From the NCBI GenBank assembly GCA_046563655.1, contig CM102287.1:8432001-8496000 (forward strand): a DNA stretch of 64,000 nucleotides, written 5' to 3'. The notes beneath the pieces were generated by a model. That model ran no database searches, was not told the origin of the DNA, and saw only the letters and a list, made by a program, of their open reading frames with translations. A program made the position numbers and the translations under genes. Position 1 is the first letter of the stretch, and each line of letters begins with the position of its first letter. The stretch is from Yuukianura sp. NJ FZ-2021 (lineage: Eukaryota). Shown piece by piece: positions 27,501 through 40,351 of this stretch.

Positions 27501-30116
27501 CAGCAGAACTGGTTGAAATAAGGCGGTAAAGCGTAATGTGGAACACGAAATTGCAACTGCTTTTGACCCATTTTTTAGAGAACGTCACAATTCATTAGGT
27601 TTTCGCAAAGTTTAACCTTAGGCTTTGTAAAGTTGAATTTTGGCATCTTGGTGCTTGAACCAATGAAATACGTGCGTTGGCGACGTAGATATTTGGTGTA
27701 ACTCGATGTTCTAAACGTGGGTACAAGATATGTCTTCTGCCGTACTTCAACCGGAGAATGGGGAGAGTTTTAGTACAGATGTCAAGCGTACTGACGTTTT
27801 CTACCGCAGTGGAGGAAAGCTCATTAGAAATTTTGGCACAGGATTCGCCCTCGTACTACAGACTGTGCGAAATTTTTGTGAAAGAGAACATTTTTGGGTG
27901 AAAGCAAAACTTTTGGTGCAAAAGTTTGTGTGTGGAAGAATGAAAAAACGAAGCATCGACTAACACCTAATGCCAAAACCCTCAAAAATGTTTTTTCAAT
28001 TAACTTTCTCCAGTTATTTTTGTCTACTTAGACTTAGCGGTCATTTTGTTCCTAGCTTCCACTTGTTTCCTAAAGTTGTTCTTACATAACTTCAATATTT
28101 CCACCAATTTAAACTTTTGAAAAGGAAATGAAAAAAACAAAGCCCATTATCAAAACTTTTTTCTTCTACTTTTTCTGAGTCCAATTCCTTGAAGGAAAAT
28201 AAAATTGTTCAAAATCCTTCCAAAACTTTGAGATCTTCGCATGATGACAAAAGTTTGAAGATCGCAGGACTTGTACTCTTAACATACCACGTTAGTAAGT
28301 ATACCTCCAACGTAACTTCCAGTTACGGTACCTTTCATGTAAGGTTATAACCTGAAAACTAGTCATAACCTAACCCAAACACATCACAATAAAACAAAAC
28401 CAAGAAAAAAACTTTCCCAACAAAACCTTGACACTTCCACTAAACCCACCCTGGTCAAAAAATCCACGTTACCCCAAAACATAAGCTAAAAACAAAAATT
28501 ACATAGCATAAGAAAAGACTAGGTTTTTTTCGTTAGGTTAAAAGAATAACGCAACGACAAAAAACATTGAACTAATTTAACATTAAAGCTAACCTAAGTA
28601 AGATTCTAACGCAAAAGAGTTAGCAACTGACGTGGTAAAAATTTCATACCAGAATTGTTTTGGACTGGAACTTATGCGCATGTCACTTATACACTGCTTA
28701 ACCCAGAAACGCTGTATCATTTCCATTAGTGTCGGGTCATGCCAGAATTCATACTAAACTCATAGTCCTCTTCGCCTCGAAATTTCATTATTGTAGAAAA
28801 GAGAAAGCATTAGCTAGATATTCCACTGCTTGGCGACAAACAATTTTCGAAAAGGACTATAAGAAGCTCGGTTTGCCTTTCCAGATTCCATGACGTTGCA
28901 AAATTGAAACCGTATAGCGGCAGTGGAACAAAGTTTGTTGCAAAAAGTGAAAGCATGGAGACAGAAGGACACTTGAAAAGATGGTTATTTAGGGCAAACG
29001 GAACTTCCGCTCTGATGCCTCGGCCCTCCTTTGATTCCTCGTTAGACTCTCTTGTTTCTGTGCACCCAGGGCTTCAAAAACATTTTACAAACAGAAAACT
29101 AGAACTCTAGAACTCTAAAAAACTGAAACTTCTAGCTTCTTCACTTTCCACTTGTATTTCTCCAACGTAGTCTTGTGGAAACGGGACACAAACCGGGAGA
29201 GATCGTTTTGAACATCTCTGGAGAAGATCTGGAAGGCTCCATTATGTCCTAATATTCCGTATCCTAAATCTTCATCTCCGCTTCTTTTGTTTCTCCTAGA
29301 ACCTAAATCTGTTTGGACACTTTTGGACTTTCTGGAAGAAAGCTATTTTGTGCTTTCTAAGAAAACTTACCAATAGCGTCACTGCTGCATGACCTTTCAA
29401 AAGGAAAAAAATTCCAGAACACTTTCAAGACTTCTAAAAAACTGACTTTGTCCAGCTTCCCTCAGCACAAATTAACTTCTGGCACTTTTTCTTTTAGAAA
29501 AGAACAAATCCAGCTCTTGTGTGGGTTGTCCAGACGTGTCGACTGTGATTGATTCCCGGATTTTGTGGAAGACGAGAAGAGGCTCAAAGGGCCCCTTGGC
29601 GAGTCTCTCGCAACGGGATGATGGTGGTGTTGATGATGATGGTGACTACGGTCCACTCTAAGCCTAACCTGACCTAAATCCTCCAATTTCTTCAAGAAAA
29701 GCCTAACTGAATGTCAGCACAAGTCTAAAAAGACTAGAGATTTCCATCTTCCAGACTTCAGCGGAACAGAATCAAAGCGTCTTCTGTTCACTAAAACAAA
29801 AGGTATGTTTTTGAACAAGAAGGAAAAGTTATTTCAACAAAGGAGGCTATTTGAACAGGACAAAGAGGAACATTGGCTGTTTGAACAAAGGAGAAAGCAA
29901 ATTATTTTTAGAATTTGAAGCTGTCAGAAGGAAAGTGTCTTGTGAAGGCTTAGTTTGCTGAGGCTTTATGATGTTTATTGAGATGAATTGAATTAAGAGT
30001 CCGACACCACTCAGTCCTGATTATGCGATAGACAAAGGGAAAGTGACAGCGACGGGAGAAAGCGGGCTTTCACTTCCATTTTCAAAATTTTTCAAATTGG
30101 TTGACATTTTTAGGGC

Positions 30117-33100
30117 ATGGAAATTTCATTTCGTCATCGTCACTGGAAGTTTGCCTTGGTCGTGTTCGTGTCCTTATGTGGGTACTTGAGGGTCATGGGT
30201 CAAGAGGATCCAGAACCTACACCAGTCAATACCTACGAAGGCCCTCGACCTTCTAACATCCCACCATTCAACATTTCATCGAATCTAAGCGAAAAAGAGG
30301 GGCTAGATAGATTACTGTACTGGGAACGATATGACAATCGATCCATTCCGCCTGTCGATGGTAAAGAACACACAAAATTGGAAAAATGAAACTATTTAAA
30401 AATTTTAAAAATCCTTTGACGAATCAGAATTTTATTAGTTTTGTTGTTTTCCCAATAATCCTTGAATTAAAGTTATTCAATTTGTTCACTTTGAATTTTT
30501 GCAGAGTTTCCACTTCCAGTGAACGTGAGGTAAGTTGAAATTGTTTTCTATTATTGTTCCCTTTAATCCTGTATTTTGGAACCAAAATTGAAATTTTGAA
30601 ACCCGAAAAAATCATTGTGCGTAGTAGTCAGTGTCAAAAATTAATTTTTTCTTGCTAAAAGTTAGCAAAGCTAAGAGTTTCTACTAAGGCAAAAACAACT
30701 TAATTTTTGACTATTTAGTTAGTTATGCTATGCAAAAAAAACTTTCGAAATTTTCGTGTTCTGCTTTTCTCAGATTTCAAATTGAAAAAAGAACGAAGAT
30801 ATAAGAAATTATTTTGAACTTTTAATAAAGTATGCAAAGGAAAGTTTCTCTTTGCAACAGTTGACCTAGTTTACAACATTGCTTACCTTCTATTGGTTCC
30901 TTTTTCACGGAAAGTTCAAAGGTTACGTTTCTTTTTTCATTTTAATAAAAAAAAAGTTGTGCAAAGATTACATATTTTTTTGATGCTTTTTTTGTAGTGT
31001 TCTCCTTCTGACGCTCGCATCACCAGATGAATCTTCCCTTGTAAGTCTTTTGATATCAACCGAGAAAGCCTTATTTTTCGGTTGCAAAAAACCCGCTATC
31101 GTCCTTTCTTTTTAATTTTTGCAGAGGTACGAGATAGAATTTTTAATGGAAATGGTCTGGACGGACCTTCGTCTACGCTACACAATTATCAACGAAACGG
31201 AGCCGCTCAAGGAACCGTACATCTACGACGCAATGCCCATGCGCCTCAATCCGCGCAAACCAAATTTCTTAGATGCGCTACATCATCACGATCGCGTTTG
31301 GAAACCGGACGTATACTATGTCAAACATGGAGATTACAGACACAACCTGGACCCGGTTCACTTATCCCTCCGAATCTACCCGAATGGAACAATTCACTTT
31401 ATAACGAGGTACGCGAAAAAAATTTAAGACCAATTCGCAAGTTTTGAATTCTAAACTTTCAAACAGTGCCTGTCTAAACTTTCTAAAAAACTGTTCAAAC
31501 TATCCTTCCAGGCGCCATTTTATCTTGTCGTGTCAAGGAAACTTTCCATACTTTCCGTTTGATGACCCCGAGTGTGAATTTGCTATCGAAAGTGGTGAGA
31601 CTTTGACCTTGACTAGCCAGCGACCGTCAGCGTGAGCTGACCTTTGACCTTGTAAACTATTTTTCTCTAGTTTCGTATGAAGATGACCGTCTCAACTTCA
31701 GTTGGCACTCGAACAAAGGGCACCTTAGGCAGTCTCCGGGCCTTAGCAAAGTCAACGCCTACCCACGCACCAACAAAACTGATACTTGCAATTCAACGCA
31801 CGAACGAGGTCAGCACCCGTTACAGTTCAAAAGTGAAGTCGGAATTTGTGAAAAGATTAACATTTTGTCTTTGTGTTTTTCAAAATTTTTAGGAGACTAC
31901 AGCTGCCTCAGAGTTCGCTTGACCTTTGGTCGTGACCGAGCCTTCTACTTTACGACTGTCTTCATCCCGGATATCATCTTGGTCACTTCTTCCATGATCA
32001 CGTTTTGGTTAGAGTGGAACGCAGTCCCAGCGAGGATCATGCTAGGAGTCACTACCATGCTCAACTTTTTCACAACAAGGTTAGAAAAACAGCAAAATTT
32101 ACGATATTTTTCAAAAAATGTACCTCTGCGTTTTTGAAATTTCAGCAATAGCTTCAGAGCAACACTTCCAGTGGTCTCTGAACTTACAGCCATGAACATT
32201 TGGGACGGTTTCTCCATGTTTTTTATCTATGCTGCCCTCCTCGAATTTGTTGTGGTCAATTACATTGGAAGGAAGAGGCCACGCAGAGCCAACGTCGAAG
32301 AAAAGTCAGAGGTCAGAGAGTCAGAACCTAAAATTTTTTAAAACCTTGAAAAAAATTTGGAAAGAATTTCGAAATAAACCCGTTTTTTGAATCTAGAATA
32401 AAATTGAGGTGAACGAACCACTCGTGCCCTGCGGTGGCCCATCGTCTCCGAATAAGCATCAGACAACGAAGGACCTGATGACATGTACTGCGTGTAGCCC
32501 CTCCCCTTCGACGCATCCAATCAACAACTCCCTGTGTCCAGCCGCTGCGTCGGCGTCTGCGTCGCAGGAGCAGCAACAGCAGCAACCGCTTCTCTTCCAA
32601 GTAATCTACCAAGTAATAGTCGTCCTTCGTACTTACCTAACCGAAAATGCCATCATTGTAACCTAGTATCGTAACATTAGATCATAGTTTGTGCGCAGAA
32701 TTGTATTTCCTAGAACAGGTTGTCCAATAACTCGGGGTTTTTCAAAAATCTTGCATTAAATAGGTCCCTCCCTCCCCATTTTCCCCAATTTTGTTTTATA
32801 CTGTTTCATCCAATTTTTTTTCAAACTAAATCTCATAGGAATACGAAAAAAAAAGTGGACAAAATTCAAAAATTGCCATAAACATGGAGGTGAAGGTTAA
32901 TCTGTTTCATTTTTAAAAATGCAAGAAATTGAAAAAAAAATAACGAGTTATTGGACAACATGATGTAGGAAAAGTTTTTTCTTTGTTGACGAACCTTGCG
33001 ACATCAGGTCATGAGATTACATAGTAAAGTAAATCCGTACTGCATGGTGGTTACTTTCAAGTTGCATACATGATACTACATTAGAATGAAATGTTTGTGC

Positions 33101-33366
33101 CGCCTTGCCTTGGTACAATGAAGACGGTTTCGTTTACACTTTTTAGACAAAATTTTGAAAATAGAAGAAGCTTTTTCTTGTGAAACTAAACTTATTTTTT
33201 TGTTTGTGTTTTGTAGCCTTTTCGACAGAGAATTGTGGAGAATCCAATTGCCGTTGCAAAAACAATTGACGTCGTCTCCAGAATAGTTTTCCCATCAGCT
33301 TATGCCATATTCCTCATCTTCTTCTTCGTTAAGCACTTGGCCTTGCAAGATCGCAAAGACAAATGA
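30117..33366 (+). CDS. pHCl: pH-sensitive chloride channel (pHCl-1-like Cys-loop anion channel subunit), 10 coding exons including 25-nt (30505-30529) and 43-nt (30998-31040) microexons
   Basis: Signal peptide; VNVSVLLLTLASPDESSLRYEIEFL; Cys-loop CQGNFPYFPFDDPEC; YSCLRV; FWLEWNAVPARIMLGVTTMLNFFTT (PAR anion filter); TLPVVSELTAMNIWDG; M4 IDVVSRIVFP. Confidence 0.93.
32706..32997. mobile_element. MITE-like inverted-repeat element in the last pHCl intron
   Basis: Perfect 16-bp IR GTTGTCCAATAACTCG (32719-32734) / CGAGTTATTGGACAAC (32944-32959), with imperfect extensions both ways; no ORF. Confidence 0.6.
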
Positions 33367-36006
33367 AAACCTACCATCGGGGTCATAAGGTCATCAAATG
33401 GAGCAACAAGGAAATGTATAAAAAGAAACAGAATTGTATTCCGAAAAAAAGACAAGCTCAGCTAGTTTGTGAAATCACAAAATATCTCCTCCAAGCTAAT
33501 TTTTAAAAATTAAGTCAAATCATAAATTGTACTAAAGTTATTATAGACTCATTCACAACTCACTGTTTGGTGCTAATTGTTTGTTAACTTTAATTAACTT
33601 TAATTAAGCTTAAGGCTAACTTATATTAGGGTTTTAGGAAGCGCATTATACATTTGATCTAACTTTAAAATTTGTCCTTAAAAATTTACTAGTTTCGTAA
33701 TAATTTCCCTAAAGCAGCGAAGAAATTTGGAAAAAACGCAAATTATAAAAAAAAATCTTTGAAATTTTACACGAGCTAAAAAGTTTTTAGTTTGTAAAAT
33801 TTAGTTCAGTTTCAGTAGTTTGTAGTCGCACTTGCATGTGAGCACACGACCAAAAACCAAGAAAAAACTGCACACTTTTTGCCTTTAAACTAACCGTAGC
33901 CTTAAGCCTACAAAAAACATTTGCACTCCCTTGTTCGGAGATCTTCACACCATTAATTGTTAACTAATTAACATTTAAAGTTATTCCATTAATGCAATTT
34001 TTAGTGACACAATTGCACATTTTTTTTTAAAAGACTTATTACACCATGACTTTCACTTCACCTTCCTTGCCTCCTGCGTGCTTATGAAGAAAAAGCTTAA
34101 AATATTCGAGATTTTGGGTGTAACTTTAGCAAGATGTGAATGTTTCAAAAAATTCTTTGCAAAATTCAAATTTGCAAAAATTGTCTCATTAAAATTTATA
34201 ATTCTTCGTCGTCTCTTTCACATTTCCAATTAGTCAAAGAATTGAGTATTAATTTAAAAACAAGCTTTACAAGAGGGCCAATCACAAAGGAAAGATTTTA
34301 TGAAAGACGCTAAGACGTTAGTTTTATTTCTTCAAATTTTAGACTTAGAAGAAACTAAAAATTGTTCTTAAATTTTTAGAAATTAGGTAAAATAATCACA
34401 GGTTTTCTGTTTTTTGAAACCATGTAAATCAAATTGATTTGTTAAGGTTCGATTTAGTTAAAAATAAGATTTAAATTAAAATGAAAAGTGAAATGTGAAA
34501 ACGAAAAGAAGTAAGAAGGGTGAACAGGAACAGATTGAAAATAAAAAGAAGTCAAAATGATTTGTTAAAACTTCTGACGTGAAGTTCCATTACGAAAAAA
34601 AGAAATTGAACATCTAAATTTTTAAAACAAAAACAAATGCACAAAGTATTACTTATCGATGAAAACCCAATTTTTAGCTCCGTGTAGTCCTTACGACTTA
34701 CAATATCTTTGAGTAGTTTCGCCTTAGTAGATAGAAAAATTCAGAAAAATTTCAGTCGTAGAATGGAGTGGAAAGTTGTTTTCAACTTTTGAGTTTCTAA
34801 TAAAATGATTTTCACTGTCCTAAACAGTTGACTTTTTGGACAAATACGTTGTTTTAGATTTAAAAAGAAACAATTTCAAAAGTGGGCGTTCCTCATTTGC
34901 AATGTCTGTTTTTGAAAAGTTTTTGCTTTTGATTTGTCACTTTCAAACAAACTTTTTACGATTCACATTTTACGTCATCAAAAGAATCAGTGCCACCAAA
35001 GTTATGATTTTTATTTCCCTACAGTTGTGTGTGTGTTTTCTTTTCAGTTCTTGAAAAATATGTCACAAAACTTTTCCTTCATTTCAACTTTGCCATTTCT
35101 ACCCAAAACTTCAAAAATGTGCTAAATCTTCTCACTAACTTTCACCGCAATTTTGAAAAATCGTTTCCAAAAGTGTCACTTTATGTTACAACCCACGGAA
35201 ATGAGATTTTCCGAAAATGTGACGCAAAAGTGTCTGCATTTGCCTTAAAACTTGCATCAAGTCATGGCGTCTCATAAGCATAATTTAACAAAAAGTGAAA
35301 GTTTTGCTTAAAAAATTTGAAAAACCTCATCAAGAAAGTTTAATTTCCGCCTCACGTGCTTAGACTTTCCTCAAACTATCAAAAATTTCGAATTTTTTAA
35401 AAGTTGTTCAGCTTTTGTAAGACGTTGATGATGTAATTTTGGTTTTAGGACGTATGCTCTGGATGACACAAAAACTGGCTTCTACTCTACACACCCATTA
35501 TCGCTTCAACTTCTAATGGCCCACAAAAGTAGTTGGCCTTCATCCGTCTCTTCCCAATGGAATTTCATCTCCAAAATTTGTATTCTACTGTGATGGTTTC
35601 ATAGCCTAGAGATTTAGAAAGATCCATGAGACTTTGGAAATTTCGACCTTGAATAAAGCCGGTTTATTTCACACAATTTCAAAAGTTTCAAAGCTCCAAA
35701 GACTTTTCTGTCAAATAACTCCTTTTCCCCTCACTTTAACTCTGTTTTCCAGCACGTTCTCACTAAACTTCTGGAAGGTTTTGAAACAGATCTCTCTGGT
35801 GTATATTGGGTAAGATTTAATATAAAACCACCAAAATCCTACTCTTTTGAAAATCTGTGTCAGGATTTATGTAATGTCTTCTTTTGTGGAAATTTTTTGG
35901 TTGTTTTGGAAGTGAAACTTTCTCTTTTTTTCAAACTTTGTTTTCAGTCTCCGCAGATTCAGATTGTCAGGTGAAGAATAGAATCAATTTAGAAGAAGCT
36001 GCTACA

Positions 36007-39000
36007 ATGGAAAGTTTCATCAAATATGGACCAGAATCTGAATTTCCAATTCAAAATCTTCCCTATGGAATCTTTTCAACAAAGGACAATGTACGTTGGT
36101 TTTTGCTTTATGAAACTTTGTTAAAATCTGATGCATACTAAGATACGTGTACGGTTGAGGATATCCTCAAGTCCGCAAATCCTCATTTCCTACCTCTGAC
36201 AAACCCTAGTGTAAAGATTACTGAAAATTTCAAACTGAAAATTTCAGACTTACAAACAAAAAAGAAATGCTAAAATTGGAAAATCTTTAACACTGTTGTC
36301 GATTTTTGTTGTTTGCTAATTTTTTCGGAGTCAAAATTTTTGCTTCATAGCATGCCGTCTTTGTTCTCAAACCTCTAGAGTAACGCCTAACTATGCCACA
36401 CCTTAACTTATTAGATGAATCTAAACCTTGATTCACAAGAAAATGGAATTACATTTGTTTAAATCTCACGAAAATGGGTGCCATTTTGTTTTCTGGATCT
36501 AGACTAAGCCCAGGCCAGGAGTTGCCATTGGAGACCAAATTCTGGATCTGGGGATTGTGAAGACACTGTTCACGGGGGCCGTCATCACCAAAAACCTTCA
36601 CGTCTTTGATGAGGTAGCGTTTTTCAAAGTAGCTTTTACTGCTAAAAAAAAATTTCCAAAAAACTTAGAAACCGAAGAAGAATAAGAAAAGTTTAAAAAT
36701 AGTTCACTTTGTGCGATTTGAAGGTCAATAAAAATCGCTGGCCAGTAGATAGCCAAAGGTCCGGAGAAAGTCAAGGATGAAATTTTTACAAAAGAATTTT
36801 TTCCTTTTTTCAAAAATTTCTCTTTTTTACATTTTTAGGAGTCGCTTAATGGCCTCATGAGTCTAGGGAAAGTAGCTTGGACTGAACTTAGAGCCGATCT
36901 ACAGCGGCTTCTGTCTGCGTCACAATCGGCCCTTCGAGACTCACCACTGCGCTCAAAGTAAATTGCTCAAAAACCTTCCAAGAAAATTAGCATTCCCAAT
37001 TTCTGAAATTAAGTTAGAAAACGCGTGTGGGAGACATTTGACAATTTCTCGGTTGAAGACGTTACGTTTACATTTCAGAGCCTTTGTGAGTCAAGTTGAA
37101 GCTACGATGCACCTTCCAGCTAAAATCGGAGACTACACTGACTTTTACTCTTCACTCGACCATGCCACTAACGTTGGCATCATGTTTCGACCAAATGCGG
37201 AGGCTCTTTTGCCGAACTGGTAAAAACCGAAATTTTAGTTTTCAAAAACCTTTCAATTTAGAAATCTCTTTGATCTAAGTGAGTTTCGTTGTTACTGGTT
37301 TAGACTAACACAAAAGAGAGATTTAGCTTCAAAGATGTTAGTCCTCTGAGGTCATAAAAGATCAATCTCTACTTTCACTCGCTTTATGACCACTTTCTCT
37401 TTCATGTCTAAATTTAGAGTTAAAAAACCATGAATTGGGTAGTTCAAGACATGCAAGAAGTGTAGTCTGTTGGTTTGTCCACTGAAATGGTTGTGTTTTT
37501 AACGTAGTGTCTGTTTTCGCGCAATGAATTCTGATTTTATGCTCCGGAAGTACAATTTTTATACGCTAACTTTTTAATGCATCTTGGTGCACTGAATATT
37601 TTCTGCTTTTGTGCACTGATGAAGGTGTTATGTATCTTTTGTATTATGGATGTCATATCTTTTTTGTACTCTAAATGTATCCTGATTCTGTGCTTTGAAT
37701 TTTTATGGCTTAACATAGGAAGTACATTCCTGTGGGATACCATGGTCGTAGTTCTTCTGTTGTCGTCTCTGGAACACCGATTCGACGTCCCATTGGTCAA
37801 ACACGACCGTCTGACGATGCTCCGCCAGTATTTGGACCCTGTAGACTTCTCGACTTTGAGTTGGAAGTGGGATGCTTCGTTGGTCCAGGAAATAATTTTG
37901 GTAGAACAAAGTTTTTGCAATGTCGAATTTGAATTTTTTGACTCATGTCTATAAATACGTTCGTAAGACTGATTTTTGTGAACATTTTGCTTTTTTTTAG
38001 GAGAGCCTGTTCCGATCGAAGACGCTGAAAATCACATTTTCGGTTTGGTTTTGCTCAATGATTGGAGTGCTCGTGACATCCAGAAATGGGAGTACGTTCC
38101 ACTGGGTCCATTTTTGGCCAAAAATTTTGGCACGACCATTTCCCCTTGGGTGGTGACCTTGGCTGCCCTCGAGGAGTTTAAGGTGGACAACTACGCGCAG
38201 GAGCCACAGCCGTTTCCATACTTGCGTCACACTGACAAGTTCTCGTTCAACATTCCACTCACGGTCTCCATCAAACGTGAGTTGAAAACAATTTCAAAAA
38301 GTTAAAAAAAAAATTCGAAAATTTGCCAAATCTGCTACGTGATCATTTAGCATTTTTCGAATTCGAAATATTTTGACTTATTGAGCTCTGATGAACTTGA
38401 AACTTGCCAAAATATACTAAAAAATGATAATTTTCTTTTTCAAAATGTGTTTTTAGCACACGGATCGACCCAGGAAACGGTAATTTGTCATTCAAATTTC
38501 CGACACATGTACTGGACCATGAAGCAGCAACTGACTCATCACACAATTACTGGCTGTAACCTTCAACCTGGAGATCTCCTCGGTTCCGGTACAATTTCCG
38601 GACCGGTAAGTCACGCGTCCATTAACATGTCAAAACTTTTTTCCGTTTAGGTGAAAGTTTAAGAGCTTAAAGTCAAGGTTTCTTTAACAACGAAATAGTT
38701 TTTCTTTAACAGGTTAGGCAATAAGTCCTATTTCCAAAAATTTCACTGCAACTTTTTTTTTTACTCTGAACTTGTTGATCAGTTTATTTGAGTAAAAAAT
38801 TTGCATCAATCTATACGAAATATGAATCGGAGCTAAAATCTCTAAGAAAACGAGAGCAGCCGTTATGTATTTTCATTTTTGCAATTTTGGGGGGAAAACA
38901 ATTTGAATTTGGATTTATTGCCTAACCTATTAAAGAAGAAACTATTTTCTTGTTTACGAACCTTGGCTCAAAGTCGTAAATTAATTCACTTCCTGCGTCT

Positions 39001-39461
39001 GTGCAGCTCCAATTTCGTACCACGTTAGTGCAGGGTACCAAAATGTGGGTGGATTAATTGACTTTAAGTGCTCATTCAATTACTTCTTTTTGTTTCCCAT
39101 AGACACCTGAGTCCTTTGGATCGATGCTTGAGCTGAGCTGGAAGGGCACAAAGCCCCTGCCACTACTTGATGGCTCCCAGCGAACGTTTCTGCAAGATGG
39201 AGATCAAGTGACCTTGAGAGGTGAGAAATTTCACACCTCCGCCCACTACTTGGTTGCACCATTTTGAAAAATTCAAGCTTACATAACCGTAACTTACCAG
39301 CTAAATGCTGATTCTGCTGTTTTTTACATCAACAAAAAAACAACTTCGTTTAAGCTTTTCAATTTTTTTCAGGATGTGCTGAAGGGAACGGTTACCGCGT
39401 AGGATTTGGAGAGTGTGCTGGAATCGTCCTTCCAGCGATTCTGCCGTCATCGCTTCAGTAA
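36007..39461 (+). CDS. FAH: Fumarylacetoacetase, 9 exons
   Basis: [152 protein letters not shown]. Confidence 0.97.
38675..38964. mobile_element. MITE-like element with ~60-bp imperfect terminal inverted repeats in a FAH intron
   Basis: The left arm aaggtt...aaatagtttttctttaacaggttaggcaataagtcc matches the reverse complement of 38911-38964; perfect 14-bp core AGGTTAGGCAATAA (38711-38724 / 38915-38928). Confidence 0.7.
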
Positions 39462-40351
39462 ACTCCAGCTTTTTTGGAGTGCGCTTCAGTAACTTTCAAT
39501 TGCAATGTTTTTTCAAACAACAAAGAACGTTGATAACAAAAAAGCAAGTGGAGAAAGTAATCGCTGCGAGTGGAAGGGGGATGACGATGATGTGACTGAA
39601 TAAAATTAAATTTTGGCTCTTGTGGTTACTGATCCTGGAAGAAAGCCAGAGGGAGGATTTGAGATTATTAAAAATGGAGCGCGATGGTATGAGTGGGAGT
39701 GATGTTTTTGAATAACCGCGCGCTTAAACCACCCATTTTTCAAAAACAGGCTTTTGTTTTTTAAAAGAAGAGATCATTGACGCTGTTTCAACAACAGCGG
39801 AAATACCTGGCAAAAACTGGCTTTCTCCACTACAAACTTTCACCAGGTTCACACGAAGCCAAAAAGGCGCGTTTTGGAGAAAGTTGCGCCTGTGCGTAGA
39901 CTTGTGTGGTGGGCGAAATCGATTTTTGGGAGAAAGCCTATGTTGAAAAAATGAGGTGAACTATGTAAGGTTAGGTTTGTAAGTTTCTGCTTTCACTTGA
40001 GTCGTGTATACAGAAAGGAGGACAGTGCAGACAGGGTTCAGTTGAGTACTTCACTTGGACTAGACAGGATCGTCCGAAATTTGGAAATTTCAAAGAGAAA
40101 GTTTCAATTTCGGTGGAGAAAGTGTGTCGATTTAATTAAGACGGAAAGTTTTCATTAAAGTTTCCCGCTTTCTTTGTAATTTTACAAAAGAATTGTTCCA
40201 GTTCCAGTTCACTGCACTTTCCGCCTTTGAAAATCCGAATTGAGCTGTTCCTTTTTTGGAAATTGTAAATTAGATTGTCCATTGTTCTCCAGTTCTATTG
40301 TTGTGGACTGCTGATTTTGCTGGAAAAACTAACCTAACATAAACCTAACAA

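Noticed and set aside
34440..34460. GGTTCGA tRNA T-loop-like word (also at ~9888)
   Set aside because: No cloverleaf or A box; the second copy lies inside the RFC3 CDS.
37612..37695. Possible C/D snoRNA (TGATGA...CTGA) in a FAH intron
   Set aside because: Box C lacks the 5' purine, the terminal stem is poorly placed, and I recognise no rRNA guide.
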